Assembly (NCBI GenBank): GCA_973895155.1
Contig: OZ316896.1
Span: 17,844,754 to 17,908,753, forward strand
Reading direction: 5' to 3'
Length of the DNA stretch: 64,000 bases
From: Marsupella aquatica
Taxonomy: Eukaryota > Plantae > Marchantiophyta
In this document: one piece after another, positions 12,046 through 24,900 of the stretch
How the letters are laid out: every line of letters starts with the position of its first letter
How positions within the stretch are numbered: position 1 is the stretch's first letter
The notes under the pieces: model-generated
Told to the model about the DNA's origin: nothing
The model's database searches: none
Seen by the model: only the letters and a program-made list of their open reading frames with translations
Program-made: the position numbers and the translations under genes

Positions 12046-14167
12046 CTATGTCTCCACCCTTGCGTTAGCCTGCTTGAGTGCATCCCTCAATGTGTGGCAT
12101 AGCTTGAGACCCTCATGGACTCCTTCACGGAAATCCCGTAATTCCGCAAAATATACCTCGGGAATGTTGTAGGCAAGGGGCTCCTCTAGGTTCCCCACAA
12201 GAGATTCAAGCCACTCCAATGTGTAATCCTCATCCTGGATGTCTTCCTCAATCTGACTATCTCCCGTTCCTGCTGACAATGCTGACACCTTTGTTAGTTT
12301 CCCCAAGATGGTAGTGGCAATGCTTCGGATCTCGGTGGTAAGAGGTGGCCTAGCTTCTTCGGGTCCCGGGGCAGCAGTCGATCCTTCTCACTGGCCAACA
12401 AGAATGATCCCATCAAATGTAAAGCTCCGCCCAGTTTTAGACTCTTGGGCTCAACGGCCAATACCTTTGTCAATCCGTAGTACCACCATCCGTAAACATG
12501 GGCTGGATGTTTCTTAATATCCATGGCAATTATGAAATGTTCTCCATTCACTACTCCGGATTGCCCATTACCAAGGACCCGTTGATGAACCTTGGCCAGA
12601 AATCCCTTGTGCACTGCATCTTTGACGGCCGAGAGGATGAATGGCCGTGGTGGAGGTGGGATTTTTCACCCAACAGGCCACCATTGCCAACGCGAGATTC
12701 CCTACTATGTTTCGGGGGGTGAATGAGAACTGCTGGTTCTCAAGAAACAAGAGCTTAGCTAATTCAGCATGAGGCACCAACCGCTGAATATGTGCAAAAT
12801 AGATCCCTTTCGTACGCAATTCCATTCCAGCCTCAAGGTCCCAGCTCCTCCCTGGAATCCTAATCTCATGAATTTGGTGAATCCGGTGGCTTGAAAGATA
12901 GCCTTGCAATCCTCCATCACCCTGGCAGAGGTCTTGGGGTAAATTCGACGGAAAACTTTCCTCATAACCGGTGCGGCGCTTGCTGCCCTTCTTTCTTCCC
13001 TCTCCTTCTCAGTTAGTGTCGCAATGTAGTCCCGGGTAAGCAGCCTGTATCTATGAACGCGAGCTGCATTGAACTTCGGCTGATCAAGCATCCATACTCC
13101 CACAAAATCGCTTGATCGCAAAATCCCGTCACCCGTATCTCGTAGCAAATTTCAAATCCTGGCCCGAAATGGCCCCCGTAACTCGATTAAACACCAGCAA
13201 TCAAACCCCAGGAAAAACCCATCGCAAAGAGCCCGTGATCACATCACAAAAGCATTGGATGAGTTCAAGGTGACCGGGTAACCGAGAGGGGGTCACCCAA
13301 GAGCTCACAAAAATAATGGAGGAAGAAAAGAGGTGGAATGCTTTTGCCATGTGGGAAGTCGTGAAGTGGCTTCTGAAATGCGCGGAGGAAAAAAAAAGGA
13401 AACCCCTGAAAGAAAGGAGAACCCCGAAACCTCCCCTCACTCTCTCCCTCGCGCGCGTCCCTATGGACGCCCTTAATTGACGGCGCCAGATGCTCCCCTC
13501 TCACTCCCTCGCGGGCGCCTTCCTATGGGCTCCCCTCTCACTCCCAGCTCGCAGGAGCCTTTGGGCTTGCGGCCTCCTGCCTTGCTCGGTACCTGCCTCC
13601 CAAGGTCGGGGAGCATTTACTCCCCCCCGTACCTGCTCCCGGAAGTCGGGGCATTAAGCCGCCTTGGCCCTCCTCACTTCCATCCCCCTCCTCGCTCCTG
13701 CAGCAGGTCTCTCCACCTGCCCCGGCTCTCTCTCGCAGCTCTAGCGCCTCCCGGAACACGTACTGCCCCCCGGCTCCCTCCTGCACCCGGCACGCCCTCC
13801 TGCACCCGGCACGCGGCTGCTGCGCCCTGCACGCAGCTGCCGCGCCCTATGGGCCTGGTGCCCCATGTTGGGGCTCACTTGCTCTTGGGGCTCCCTCCTC
13901 CCTTCTTCCCCCAGGCTCCCACCCTCTGCCGGGCTCGCGCCTCCAGTCGGGCTCCGGCTCGCCTCCCTATGTAGGGGGGCTCGTCCTTATGCGCCCCTCC
14001 TCGCACCTCAGCCTGCCACGTGGGTGGGGAGCATTAATTGCCCCCTGGCTCGCGGCCTTCTCCTCGTGCTTTTGCTGCCGGGCCCAAAAAAAACTCCCCC
14101 CTGTAGGCCTCGTTGTTTACAAGGGGTTTCTCTTTTTTTTTTTTTTTTTAACCGGTCCCCCACTACA
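12046..14167 (-). mobile_element. GC-rich retroelement-like fragment with broken unknown ORFs
   Basis: Abrupt GC rise, overlapping frameshifted minus-strand ORFs 13148-12046 with no recognised domain, poly-T and CCCCACTACA (reverse complement TGTAGTGGGG, LTR-edge-like) at ~14158-14167. Confidence 0.35.
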
Positions 14168-14490
14168 AGTTGAGGTGTTAGACTTTTAGTCCTTAGTTAA
14201 ATCCCCTAGCTTAGTGGTTGGACGGGGAAAAAATCAAAGTATTAAGGTGGACCCTCAACAAGCTTGAATCCATAGCTAGAAGGGACCCCCTTAATTTTCC
14301 ACTCCATCTCCCGCAAACGGAGAGGGTAGAATAAATTTAAAAAAATAAAAAATCTGTGGGCAGCACAAGCTTGCAACGACGGAATTAACCTCCAAAGTTT
14401 TTTAAAAAACTTATCTACAATTGCTATTTACACTGCCCACCACTCCGCAACCAATTATTCGTGATTCCAGTGACGGGGACCCCGTCACAG

Positions 14491-15038
14491 TGTTGAGGCC
14501 CAAGTGCATTTTTCCCTTAGACTCTTGGTTGAGTTAGAGCCGTAGAGATGGTTCCCAGAGTCAGGGTTGAACTGGTCATGGTGTTTGGGACAAGCTTCGG
14601 GACAAGCTAGCTATTTGACCCATGGCATGTCCTAGAGGCCGGGTGGTCAACCATGCAGTGAGTGGGGAAGCTTGGGCAGTACCTGATAGAGGGGCTGTTA
14701 TGGACAAACAATGGGTGCAGACCTTAGCTTCAGCTTATGGCAATGTCATGCGGGCCGGGAGGTTTTATCCGTTGACCTACTTACTAATGACCATTGAGCT
14801 TGAGGCAAGACAATGGTCTTGGGATTCGAGATCATAACGTGTTGGTTGTTTGTGCAGACAATAAGAGCTTTGAGCAACGGTCGTGCTTAGGAGCGAGTGT
14901 GACTTCGTATGTGGGTTGTCACGTACTAGCGGTGATAGAGGTATCAAGTTGCTTGCTCGTGGAGTTCTGTGGAGATGTTCAGGCACCAAGAGTACTTAGG
15001 CAAGAGTATTGGGTTTGGTGAGTCAAGGTGTTGGGTGG
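14491..15038. mobile_element. Fragment of the same repeat family as the 50171-51678 insertion
   Basis: ggacaagctt..ggacaagcta..gcatgtcct..ggcttatggca..gctgacctat..ttgagcttgag..ttggttgtttgtgcaga..gttgggtgg is colinear with ~51170-51672. Confidence 0.6.
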
Positions 15039-17689
15039 AAAAAGACAGTGCCCATGAGGAAGCTACATGACTAGTTTTCTACACTTTTTAACAAAACAAA
15101 ACATGTTATGAGCGGGGTTATGAGCATTATTGACTAATTATGAGGACCTGGATCCAACAGGTTTTGAAATGGACATGGGCCGTTTAAGGTAAAGTGCCCA
15201 TGAGCAAGCTCCATAACTAGTTTCCTACAGTTTTCAAACGAAACAAAATTGGCATATACTTTTTGTTTTTCAAGCTTGACAAGAACATTCATAACATTAT
15301 AAAATCAGCTTGTTACAGGAGAATCACCACTTAGCCTTTGTGTGGTTGATATTATCAATAGAGACCTGTCAATCTAAGGTAATATTATTTGACTGTGAGA
15401 TTGGAGCACTGAGGCCAGAATGGGCGGAATACTAAGCAGAGCCCGGCTAAGGGCTCTCCGCTCTCCCTGTTTCCTGGTTTTCATTGGGCACACTCTGCAA
15501 CTTCTGGGGACTTTCCTCTCCTTTCTACTATTCTCGCCTGCTTGGCCTTCACTCGAGGAATAAAGATGATTTGTTCCTTTTCCATTGCCTAGGACTACTT
15601 TTTGGCTCTTTGGCTTCTTGGGCTTTTATTCCCTTTATTGGATTTACTACCTTTGGGATCTTGTTGCCAGATTTGGCGTCCTTTGTTTTTGGGCAATGTG
15701 ATATATATCTAAGGCATGGTTACTTTACAAGAGCTAGGTCCACCTTTCCCTCCAGAAGGCAATAGATAATGAATAGGCAGCGGCAGTAGCTCCATGACGA
15801 TATGTTGATGTAGTGTCATGTTTGTTTGCCTTTGCTTATTCAGCAAAAGTTGATTTTGAATAGGATAATGTCATGGTTAGAGGGCATTGTGGGATATAAT
15901 GCCCTGAAAGATTTTAACTTTGCAATTTGGGATGGTGTAGCGATGCGTGTTAGTTCGCAAGTGCCGGAATTCTGTTTATCGGGCCTTTGTTGATTGCGAT
16001 GTGTATGGGTTCGCAAAAGGGGCCGATAGTGTAGTAGTGTTGAGTGACTTTTTGATAACAAACAAGAAAAAGTGAATCCCTGAAATAGAAAATTCAGATT
16101 AAAAGGTCATCCAAGAAGTGGTTGCTATGGAATTGGCCAAAAAATACGTTCTTGAGTTATATTAGATTCAATTGATAGATATTTTGTTCATATCACCATA
16201 TAAGATTTGGTTATCATCTTGAGATCTTGACTAAATTTTAATTTTTTTGGTGTATGGTAAAACTATATTTAATTTTTAAAAATTCCCGCCTCAAAAAAAG
16301 GGGTGCATTATGGAGAATTAATGCACTCAAATATACAAAGAGAAAAGTCATGAAAGGCTTTACGATTCTGAAAGGAGATTCATCATTTCCGGGATCACGT
16401 CACCTTCCTATGGTTAATATCATTAATAGAGCCTTAGTTGTCAATCTAAGGTACAGGCAGTCTACAATAGCTACAGGCCCACCTTTTGCGCCCGAGAATA
16501 GAGTGACTATGTAGTGTGGCGGTTGCTCTGAGACCATCCATCCCAGGTGTTGTCAGATTGGCTAATATGTGGAGTAAACCCAATCTGACAACACCGTTCT
16601 TTTAGTTTACTCTATTGTAAGTAACACCCATGGTCAAATGAAAGTCAACCCAACTCTTTATTGGATTATTTTCCTCCACACAAGAATCAGCTTCACACCA
16701 CCTTAGATTAAAATCTGGAAACCCCTCAACGACCCAAAAATCAGCGTCACACCGCCAAGCTTGAAACGGGGCTTGAAACCGCAGTAGAAAGTCAAACCTG
16801 TACATTTCTTCTCAACACAAGTCAAGAACAAATAAACTAAATGCATGAAAATTCTTAGCGTGAATGGATTGGACATCACTTTTTGCATTTTAGTCAGTGG
16901 GTTTGGTCAACAGCCACTTAAAGTAAGGCTTTCCAGTAACGGTCCCAGATGCTTGAACACTATATGCTGACGTTCCGTCATATTGTTTTGCTTTGCTTAG
17001 TAAGCAAAATGATGACTTAGATTCCGAAGGTTCTAGCCATATGTTTTAGCTATCCACCTGGGTCATAAAGTACAGTACCGCCCAAGTTGCTTCTTTCCCG
17101 GTAAAACACCGTGGTGCTTTTTACCCTAGAGGGCAGCAATAAGGTACAGTCTTGTAATTCCCATTTCCATCTTAGTTCCCACAGGGAGAGGCTAGCCCAG
17201 GCACTTTGGGCAGGCCAGTATAGGATGACGCAACGAAGTACTCCAAGTTTTTTATCTCTGAGTTATTAGCCCAAATACAGGTGCATAAGTATGAGTTGGA
17301 AGGAATCCCTGTAACTCGGAGTCACTCACAAGCATGGTGTCTAAATATCAAATTTTACTCTTAACGTATTCATGATGGCTTCTGGTGTGATTCTACTGGT
17401 AGGTCATGAATGGTAAACTTTGATTACAAATTAGAGTACAAATTTGTTTTCTTGGTCCAACGCCTTGCCTGTCCCACCATTTTCGTGTACAATCTTCCAC
17501 CAAAATCAGGGCCAGAGCCTTGTATTCAAACACCATCTATTCAAATAGAAAGCCTTGGATCTTTTACTTGAGTTTTGAAGAGTAAGTCACTATTCTTACA
17601 ACAATCCAATAGGGCTTGTGTCTGAGACATTACAAATTGAATTCAAACACCAGGCCCTTCAATCCAATAAATTAATATCTGTTAAATTG

Positions 17690-19275
17690 AGAGTGACATA
17701 ACACACAAAACAATAAATACATGCAAAAAAAAGTGCATTATGACCAAGAAAATACAAAGGTACTAAAGAGACAAAAGAGTTATGCACATACAGTACAGAT
17801 TTTTAATTGCTTCTAGGTAATGAACTCAATTAAAACCATAAATTTTTGTAAAGGAAGCCAAGAGGGGAACTTAGTACACCAGATGTGCACATTGTTTAAA
17901 TTCATGTCTCTCACTCTCATGAGAAAAAAGAGAATTCACTAAGGATTGATTCAAAATGAAAAATTAAACATTTATGAGGGGAGCCAAATACATTCGAAAT
18001 ACTTAAAAATCACTAAAATTAAAAGGGGTCCAAAAGTTAATTCAAAATAAACTTAATACAAATGATTCACCTTGTTAAAGCACATTAAAATAAAAATAAT
18101 GGACACAAAATCTGAATAAGACAAAATCTGAAATGTGGATTCACCATGTAGCAACTGCTCCTGATGAAGACTGCTCCCGATGTGCTATGCCTGTTAGGAT
18201 AACTACTGTAGTGTCGAGCAGATGGGGCATTTTTGCAGATCCGTGCACCATAGGTGGCATTTGGGAAATGACGACATATATACACCCATAGCGAATGGCA
18301 GCAAGCCAGACTGGGCAGCAATAAACTAGTTTTCCAATGAAGGCTCATCAAGAATCTGGCTTTGGGATTGTTAACCCAAAAGGTCATTGTGGGCCATGGA
18401 GAAGTTGGCCTATCCAGTTTCCCATGTCTCACATGGGGACTGGACATGAAACTGCTATGTGATGAATCCACCTTTCAAATTTTGTCTTATTCAGATTTTG
18501 TGTTTAGTATTTTGATTTTAATGTGCCAACAAGGTGAATCATTTATATTAATTTAATTTTGAATTAACTTTTGGACTGTTTTTAATTTTAGTGAACTTAG
18601 AGTATTTTTAATGTATTTAGCTCCCCTCATAAATGTTTAGTTTTTCATTTTCAATCACTACTTAGTAAATTATTATTTTTCTCATGAGAGTGAGAGAAAT
18701 GAATTTGAACAATGTGCACATCTGGTGCACTAAGTTCCCCTCATGGTTAATTTACAAAATTTATGATTTGAATTGAGTTTATTGTTGTTAGATATTGCTC
18801 TAGTCTTGTGACTCATGAGCTAACCATAGTTAGGCTAACTTGGGTTAGGACCTAGCTAATGTTAGCGGTAGTGTTGTTGTGCATATAGCCAGGGCTGATG
18901 CCAGACCCTGGGTGGAACTTAGACTCATTGTTACGGAGCTAGTTGAGAGATAGGGAGAGCTTGTGCTATGGATGTTTGGTATGACCGGTCGACCTAGAGT
19001 GCAGTAAAGCTCTTGTGTGTTCCCGTGGACGTAGCCTCAAGTGGAGGTGAACCACGTATCTCTCTGTGTCGACTATTGTGCGTTGGATGGTTCATAGGCT
19101 TGTTGTTACGAATGTCGTCTATGCTCAACAATTGTCATTACCTAGAAGCGAGTGAAAATCTATATTGTATGTGCATAACTTTTTAATACCCTTGTACTTT
19201 TTTGGTTATAATGTGTTTATCTTTGCATGTACTATGTCACTCACTCTTTGCATGTACTATATATGTCACTCACTC
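17690..19275. mobile_element. Inner foldback element related to the outer TIRs
   Basis: ~17690-18157 is inverted relative to 18447-18780 plus 19136-19275 (ctcactctcatgagaaaaa vs tttttctcatgagagtgag). It shares gaataagacaaaat..ggattcaccat with the outer TIR and has a ~290-bp GC-richer core. Confidence 0.7.
18786..19130. mobile_element. Solo LTR (copia-like)
   Basis: Starts TGTT and ends AACA, flanked by a 5-bp direct repeat ATTGT (18781-18785, 19131-19135). Contains a GGACGTAG..GAACCACGTA U5-like motif and interrupts the foldback arm. Confidence 0.75.
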
Positions 19276-21979
19276 TTTGCATGTATGGCATCCAATGAAA
19301 CTACTATATGGTGAATCCATCTTCCAGTATTTTGTCTTATTGAAACTTCTTTTCTTGTATATTTTAATTCAATGTGTCTTACCAAGGTGCATCCCTTGTA
19401 TACTTTAGATTTTGAATTTAATTAATCTGGTACCCCTCTAAATTTTTCAATCTTTGCTATACTTTTGATCATCCACCCTTTAACATAGCTCACCAAAGTT
19501 CTAGCCCTTAGTGAAGAAGAAATGATCTAATTAAAGTGCACTCCTCATGTCTTTAAGTTCTACTCATGATTTTGTGTTCTAAATTTATGGTTTTAATTCA
19601 TTTGAGTGTTATTACCTAAGATAAATACATAGATATCTTTACTAGTGTATAATATGTGCAGAACCCAATAACATTAAATGTTTTCTATTCATTATTACTT
19701 TTCTGTATGTGTGTACTTTTATTCTTGTATCTTATATGCACAACTTTTCAATGTCACGATTCCTAATCAATGTCCTATTTAAATTTGCCACAAAAAATTA
19801 GATCACTTATATTTCATTAAAAAACTTAATCTTTTTGCTAGAGGACAAAATAACTTTTCATGTTCCTGGATGAGTATGCTATATCACTCACTCTTAAATA
19901 ACATATATTAATTTATTGACATATACTTTACATGTACCTACTTCTTTTATCATAAAATAAATAAAATAAATTAGATATCACTACAAGATATCTAATTTAT
20001 TTGATATCCCTTTCAACACACAAACAAAAATCTGACCAAGACTCGACATACTTTCGTGCATGTCACACAAAATTATTTACGGACCCCACTAGAGGTCCCT
20101 TCCAAACTTCCTGGCACCATAGCCCGCCACGTCAATAACAACCACAACAAACAAGACTCATCATTCAGTTTTGTGAATCAAACTTATAATTTTCATTCGT
20201 GTTTGTGTCAATTTGGGTGTAAATTTTGGGACGCCATGTCGTAAAAAGAAAAGTAAAAAATTAGAAATGCAAAGAGCAAGATGATTAAAACTGTCACTAT
20301 ATAACCGTTTTAGTTACATTTTCAATTTTAAAACTTAAATTCAAAGATTTAAAAAATATATTTTATATAACAAATAATGACTAATAACTTCCTTATTAAA
20401 GGGTAATTGGCACCTGGTCTAAGAATTTTGGCTCTTTGCAATTAAGTTACACTGTTAACCATGGTCTAAACTTGAATTCAACAAACTGATAGAATTCATT
20501 TGATCAGACATTTATTTAATTGCAAATGGACTTGTCACGGATTGATGACTCTCATAGTTTGAGAATTTGGTTGCATGTAACCAAAAGGACTAATTTTGAC
20601 AACAGCTTGTGATAACCATATTATCAATTAACCAAGTGGTCCACTAACTAATTTTTATTATTGTATCGTCACACACTTATTGTACTATGTGGGTCCATTG
20701 CATGGCAGGCCATGAACTCGTCAGCGTACGAATCTTGGGGAAAATAATTGGAAATGAAAAAATAATATTGGGTAGGTTGGCCACGAGCACCTGCGGGCTA
20801 GAGGCCACCATATCGGTTTGGATAGCCGCAGATGTGCAGAGCTTGTTCAGTGGATACACTCCCGCGGAGAGAGTTTATATATAGCAGCGGAGTTCGCAAA
20901 ATCCCGAAGCAAAGTCCAGTGGATCGCCTCTTCTCTCAGCAGGTTCAGCGCTGTTCATCCGTCCGTCACCTCCATTTGTCAATGAGTGAGTGTTCCTGGG
21001 ATGGGCGCGTTTCTACCTAAGTGATGGTTTGATGCTAATGACCCTCATTGATGCTCTATCGAATCACACCCTTGTTTCGTCTCTTACCTATTTAGCAAAA
21101 TTTAGCTCATTAGCATCTGTCTTTATTAAGATCATGTAACTTTAATTTCCTTCGCTTATGTTTTGGTTTTTTCGGCTCTATTACGTATATATCTATTACG
21201 GTCTCCGCATGATTTCCCCTCCACCGAATCCTTGCTCCCGCCATAACTCATTGATTGCTCTGAAATCAACTTTTGTTTCGTCACTTCTCTATTTAGAAAA
21301 ATCTAGCTCATTTAATACTCTTTAGCCTCGTTGAGACGTTACTTACGTATCTGCACTTACGGAGTCGTTTCGTCCGGCTTATGTTCGTTCCGTGACTTCC
21401 CTCGACCGAATCCTTGCTCCACCCGCGACAATGATGAAGTATAGCAGTTATGTGGTGTTCTAGATCATGGCCGGCGAATTTGTAGCCATTCTTGAAAGCA
21501 GAATGTACAAGGACAGATTAGGAAGGCATCGCTAGCTTTCTTGCCCATGCCACAAATCCGCCCGTCCTGCTATTGTTTCCAGGAAGTTCTACACACTATT
21601 CCCAATCAGAGGCATCGAAATAGAAAAAGGACAATTAGCCACCACAATTAAATTCCAATACGATTTCGTCTTTAGTTTGGAAGCTGTTACCCACATCTCC
21701 CGATTTGGGGGTGTCAATATATGCGCAGGTCTGAGCACTCGGGCGAATTCTCTCACATCAGACGTGCTCAAGTCATGCAAGCTGATGCGGAGCCTACTAT
21801 TGGTTTCTATCTGGGCATCCCTTTCGTTCTTTTCGGCCATGATTAATTTGTGGAATTGAATGTTTGTAGCTACCTAAGCATTTTGAGGCTCGGCACAGCA
21901 CGTACGTCCACTCTGGAGATAACTGCAAAATTGACGTCTAGTTACCAGAACAAGTTTCCAGCAATTCTAAGCCATCGCT

Positions 21980-24900
21980 ATGGCTCAAAGGGCCTCTTCT
22001 AGTCGCACCAATAACACAATTACTCAGGTATCTTACGGCACTGACCTCGACCTGAACCTGTTTGGAAAATGCCCGTTCCGTTTAGAGATTGATACTTTGG
22101 ACAGTATGCAATCTGAAGATCCATCTCAATGATCATGAGTATTTTAGTTTTTGGAGTTTTTAGGTTTTATCCAATCTATACAGCTAATTTCTATGCCTAC
22201 GGTACGTTGGCGTGCTTGGGTTTTACAGCTTAATGAATCTCTCTTTGAACTTTACAAACCGAAAGGCCGTGCTAGCATGGTGGTCTTGTTTTTTCACGGC
22301 TTTCAGCATGGAAATTATGAAAATGCCTATTTGTCAACATGGACAACTGACGATGGACGAGAGGATGGATCATCCACATGGCTCCAGACTTGGTTGGTTG
22401 ATGACGACCAGTACCCCGATGCTCACATCCTTTCTGTTGAGTATAATGCGAGCTTGATGAAAAGTAAGCAAGAAGGAAGCTTTGACCTCTACGTCATAGG
22501 GGAAAATATTATTTCTGATTTGTTAGAGGCAAATATTGCGCAAGATCCCCACTGTCCGATAGTATTGGTAGGACACAGTTTTGGGGGCCTTGTAGTGAAG
22601 GAACTGTGTGTTCAAGCACATAAGAGAGGCAGCATGGGTAGCTCCAAGCACAAAACCTTTCTGGAAAATATCAAGGGGGCATTTTTCTACTCCACCCCTC
22701 ATCATGGGATTTCAGGAGAAATTTCCGAGTATTTTGTGAGCAAAACAAATGAACACTTGTTGAAATATGTGAAAGTCCTGAGTACTTCTGCAGCGAGATT
22801 GCATGAAGATTTTGAAAAGCTACGAAAGCAGTGCGCTTGGCAGACGGCAGGAGTAGGAGAAGGTTTACCTACCCATCTGGTACGGGGCATTCACTCTCAA
22901 TCTTATGAAATGAAAATATATTGAAGATTTCTGACAGCTTCCAATTATTTCTAAAGCAAATCAATGATCAGATATTACTTATAGACGGTATAACGTTTTC
23001 TCGATTGTTGACCAATTTGTTTCAGTTCATTCCATCGAACTGATAGAAGAAGGCAATGCGCAGTAACAGTTTCATTTCTATGAATATCACCTAGTTTAGT
23101 ACTACTAAGTCATCTAAGTAGCCCGCATATAAGGAAGTTGATCAAGAGTAATTTGTGTGAAGGATATTGTAGATGCTTCATTCATTGGACCGTCACTTGC
23201 TTGTTTGCTTGTATGTGCGCAGAGCACATTTAAAACAGCGGTAATTGTACCGGAGGGATCGTCAAGATATGGAGACACCTTTGTTATCGTGCCAGAGGCT
23301 GATCACATATCAATCTGTCGGCCAAAATCAAAAATCTCAAGAACATTCAAGTCCTTGTCCAGCTTCTTGCGTGGAGTTTCTATTACTTGGAAGGTGAAGT
23401 CAAATTGTCGCTCATATTTTTGGTGTACTTAATACAGAAGGTAGTGCTATGTCGCTTTGTGTCCACCGGTGCTTATTTTAGATTTGCTTTGTATTCATTG
23501 TTGGATTACAGAGATCAGTCAGGCCTCAGAACCGTCAATCTTTACCCAAATCAACGATTGGTATTGATAATGTCATGAAAGAACTGAAACACCAGCTTGA
23601 GACGGTCACTAGTTTGGGCTTGACGGGTATGGGAGGGATTGGAAAGACCACCATGGCCAAGGCGTTATTCAATGATATCGAGCATCTTTACGAGTACACC
23701 TGTTTCGTTGGGGAGGTGAAGAATTACAGTGAGCACGAGGTTGAGGGTATGGTTTTAAGGAACATGCATCATATGGGAAGGAGGTTCACAGAGAAGGATG
23801 GTGGGTTAGAAATCTTGGAGGGGAAACAGTTACTGTTGGTTCTCGATGATGTGGCCTCGGAAAAACACATTACGCTACTGTCAACCTTGATTGGTGACAT
23901 TGGTATCCATGAAGATAGTCGCTTTGTGGTAACATCCAGAGATAGGGAACTTCTAGATCAATACTTGGAGGCAGTGCACCCTATGACGTTTCTAAGCGAA
24001 GGAGATTCTAGTAAACTTTTCTTGTCCCATGCTGTTAGGGGAGAAGCTTCTCCTTCCTTTGAGGAACACGTAGACATTATTGTGAAAAAGTGCGGTGGGC
24101 TGGCTTTGACACTAGAAGTCATCGGGAAGCACCTGTATAAAAAGAAGGTGGCGATTTGGAGGGAAGCGATTTCTATACTGGACAGGGCAGAGACTGTGCG
24201 TGGATTTGATGAGAAGTTGTGGAGTAAGCTTCGGATAAGTTTTGATGGTTTAGATCTCGAGGAAAAACAGATGTTCCTTGATTGTGCAACAGTGTTCCAT
24301 CGGGACTCTCTAGATACGGCAAAGGCAGCATGGAGCATCACCACAAACGGGCTTGAAGAGACACTGTGGCAACATCTTCTCGACTTATCGTTGGTCTGGG
24401 AAATCGAGGAAAGTTATGTAATTTGTGGTATGCATGAGCAGCTTTTGAGCCTTGGGAGGAAGATAGCATCAAATGAAGTGGAACATGGCGTCAGGATGTG
24501 GCATGCCCCACGGAGGAATTTCTGCTTGTTGTCAGCTACGAATTGCACTGAAAATGATGTGAAGGTGAGTTTGAAGAGTATGGTCTTGATCTGAACTTCC
24601 ATGCACCGCACCCACGAATTGCCTAGCGGTTTGCATGTTGGCCATTATTGAATGCTGCATGGTGTAGACCAAGGAAGGTCTCCGATGTTGAACTTTCTGA
24701 ACATATTACTCCTATTGAGGAGTATGCCAGTTTGATCATGTACAGGGATGTTATATGTAGAAACTGGTTTTCGCGAAAAAGCATGACTTGTGAGTCGGCA
24801 TTTGCAGGACATTGTTGCTATCAATGTGTATGGAGGAGGAGTCCTACATTTAAATTATGAGGTTTGTTGGTGGCGTTTTTGCTGAGATTGATATTTCGCA

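Larger units (their letters stand above)
11296..19885. mobile_element. Long-TIR (Mutator/foldback-like) non-autonomous element carrying nested insertions
   Basis: 11296-11882 is the reverse complement of ~19298-19885 (e.g. catgaaaagttattttgtcctctagcaaaaag vs ctttttgctagaggacaaaataacttttcatg). Weaker similarity extends to ~11250/19936. No transposase or TSD was recognised. Confidence 0.7.

Noticed and set aside
13477-14189. Pro/Ala-rich ORFs
   Set aside because: Expected from high GC inside a repeat, with no domain signal.
15430-17600. Possible decayed gag/pol remnants on the minus strand
   Set aside because: Only faint words (LYWP-like, EATW) and no sustained frame; too weak to annotate.
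23958-24344. Antisense ORFs over NB-ARC, LRR and RT regions (also 37302-37685, 45771-46499)
   Set aside because: Shadows of the sense-strand coding sequence.
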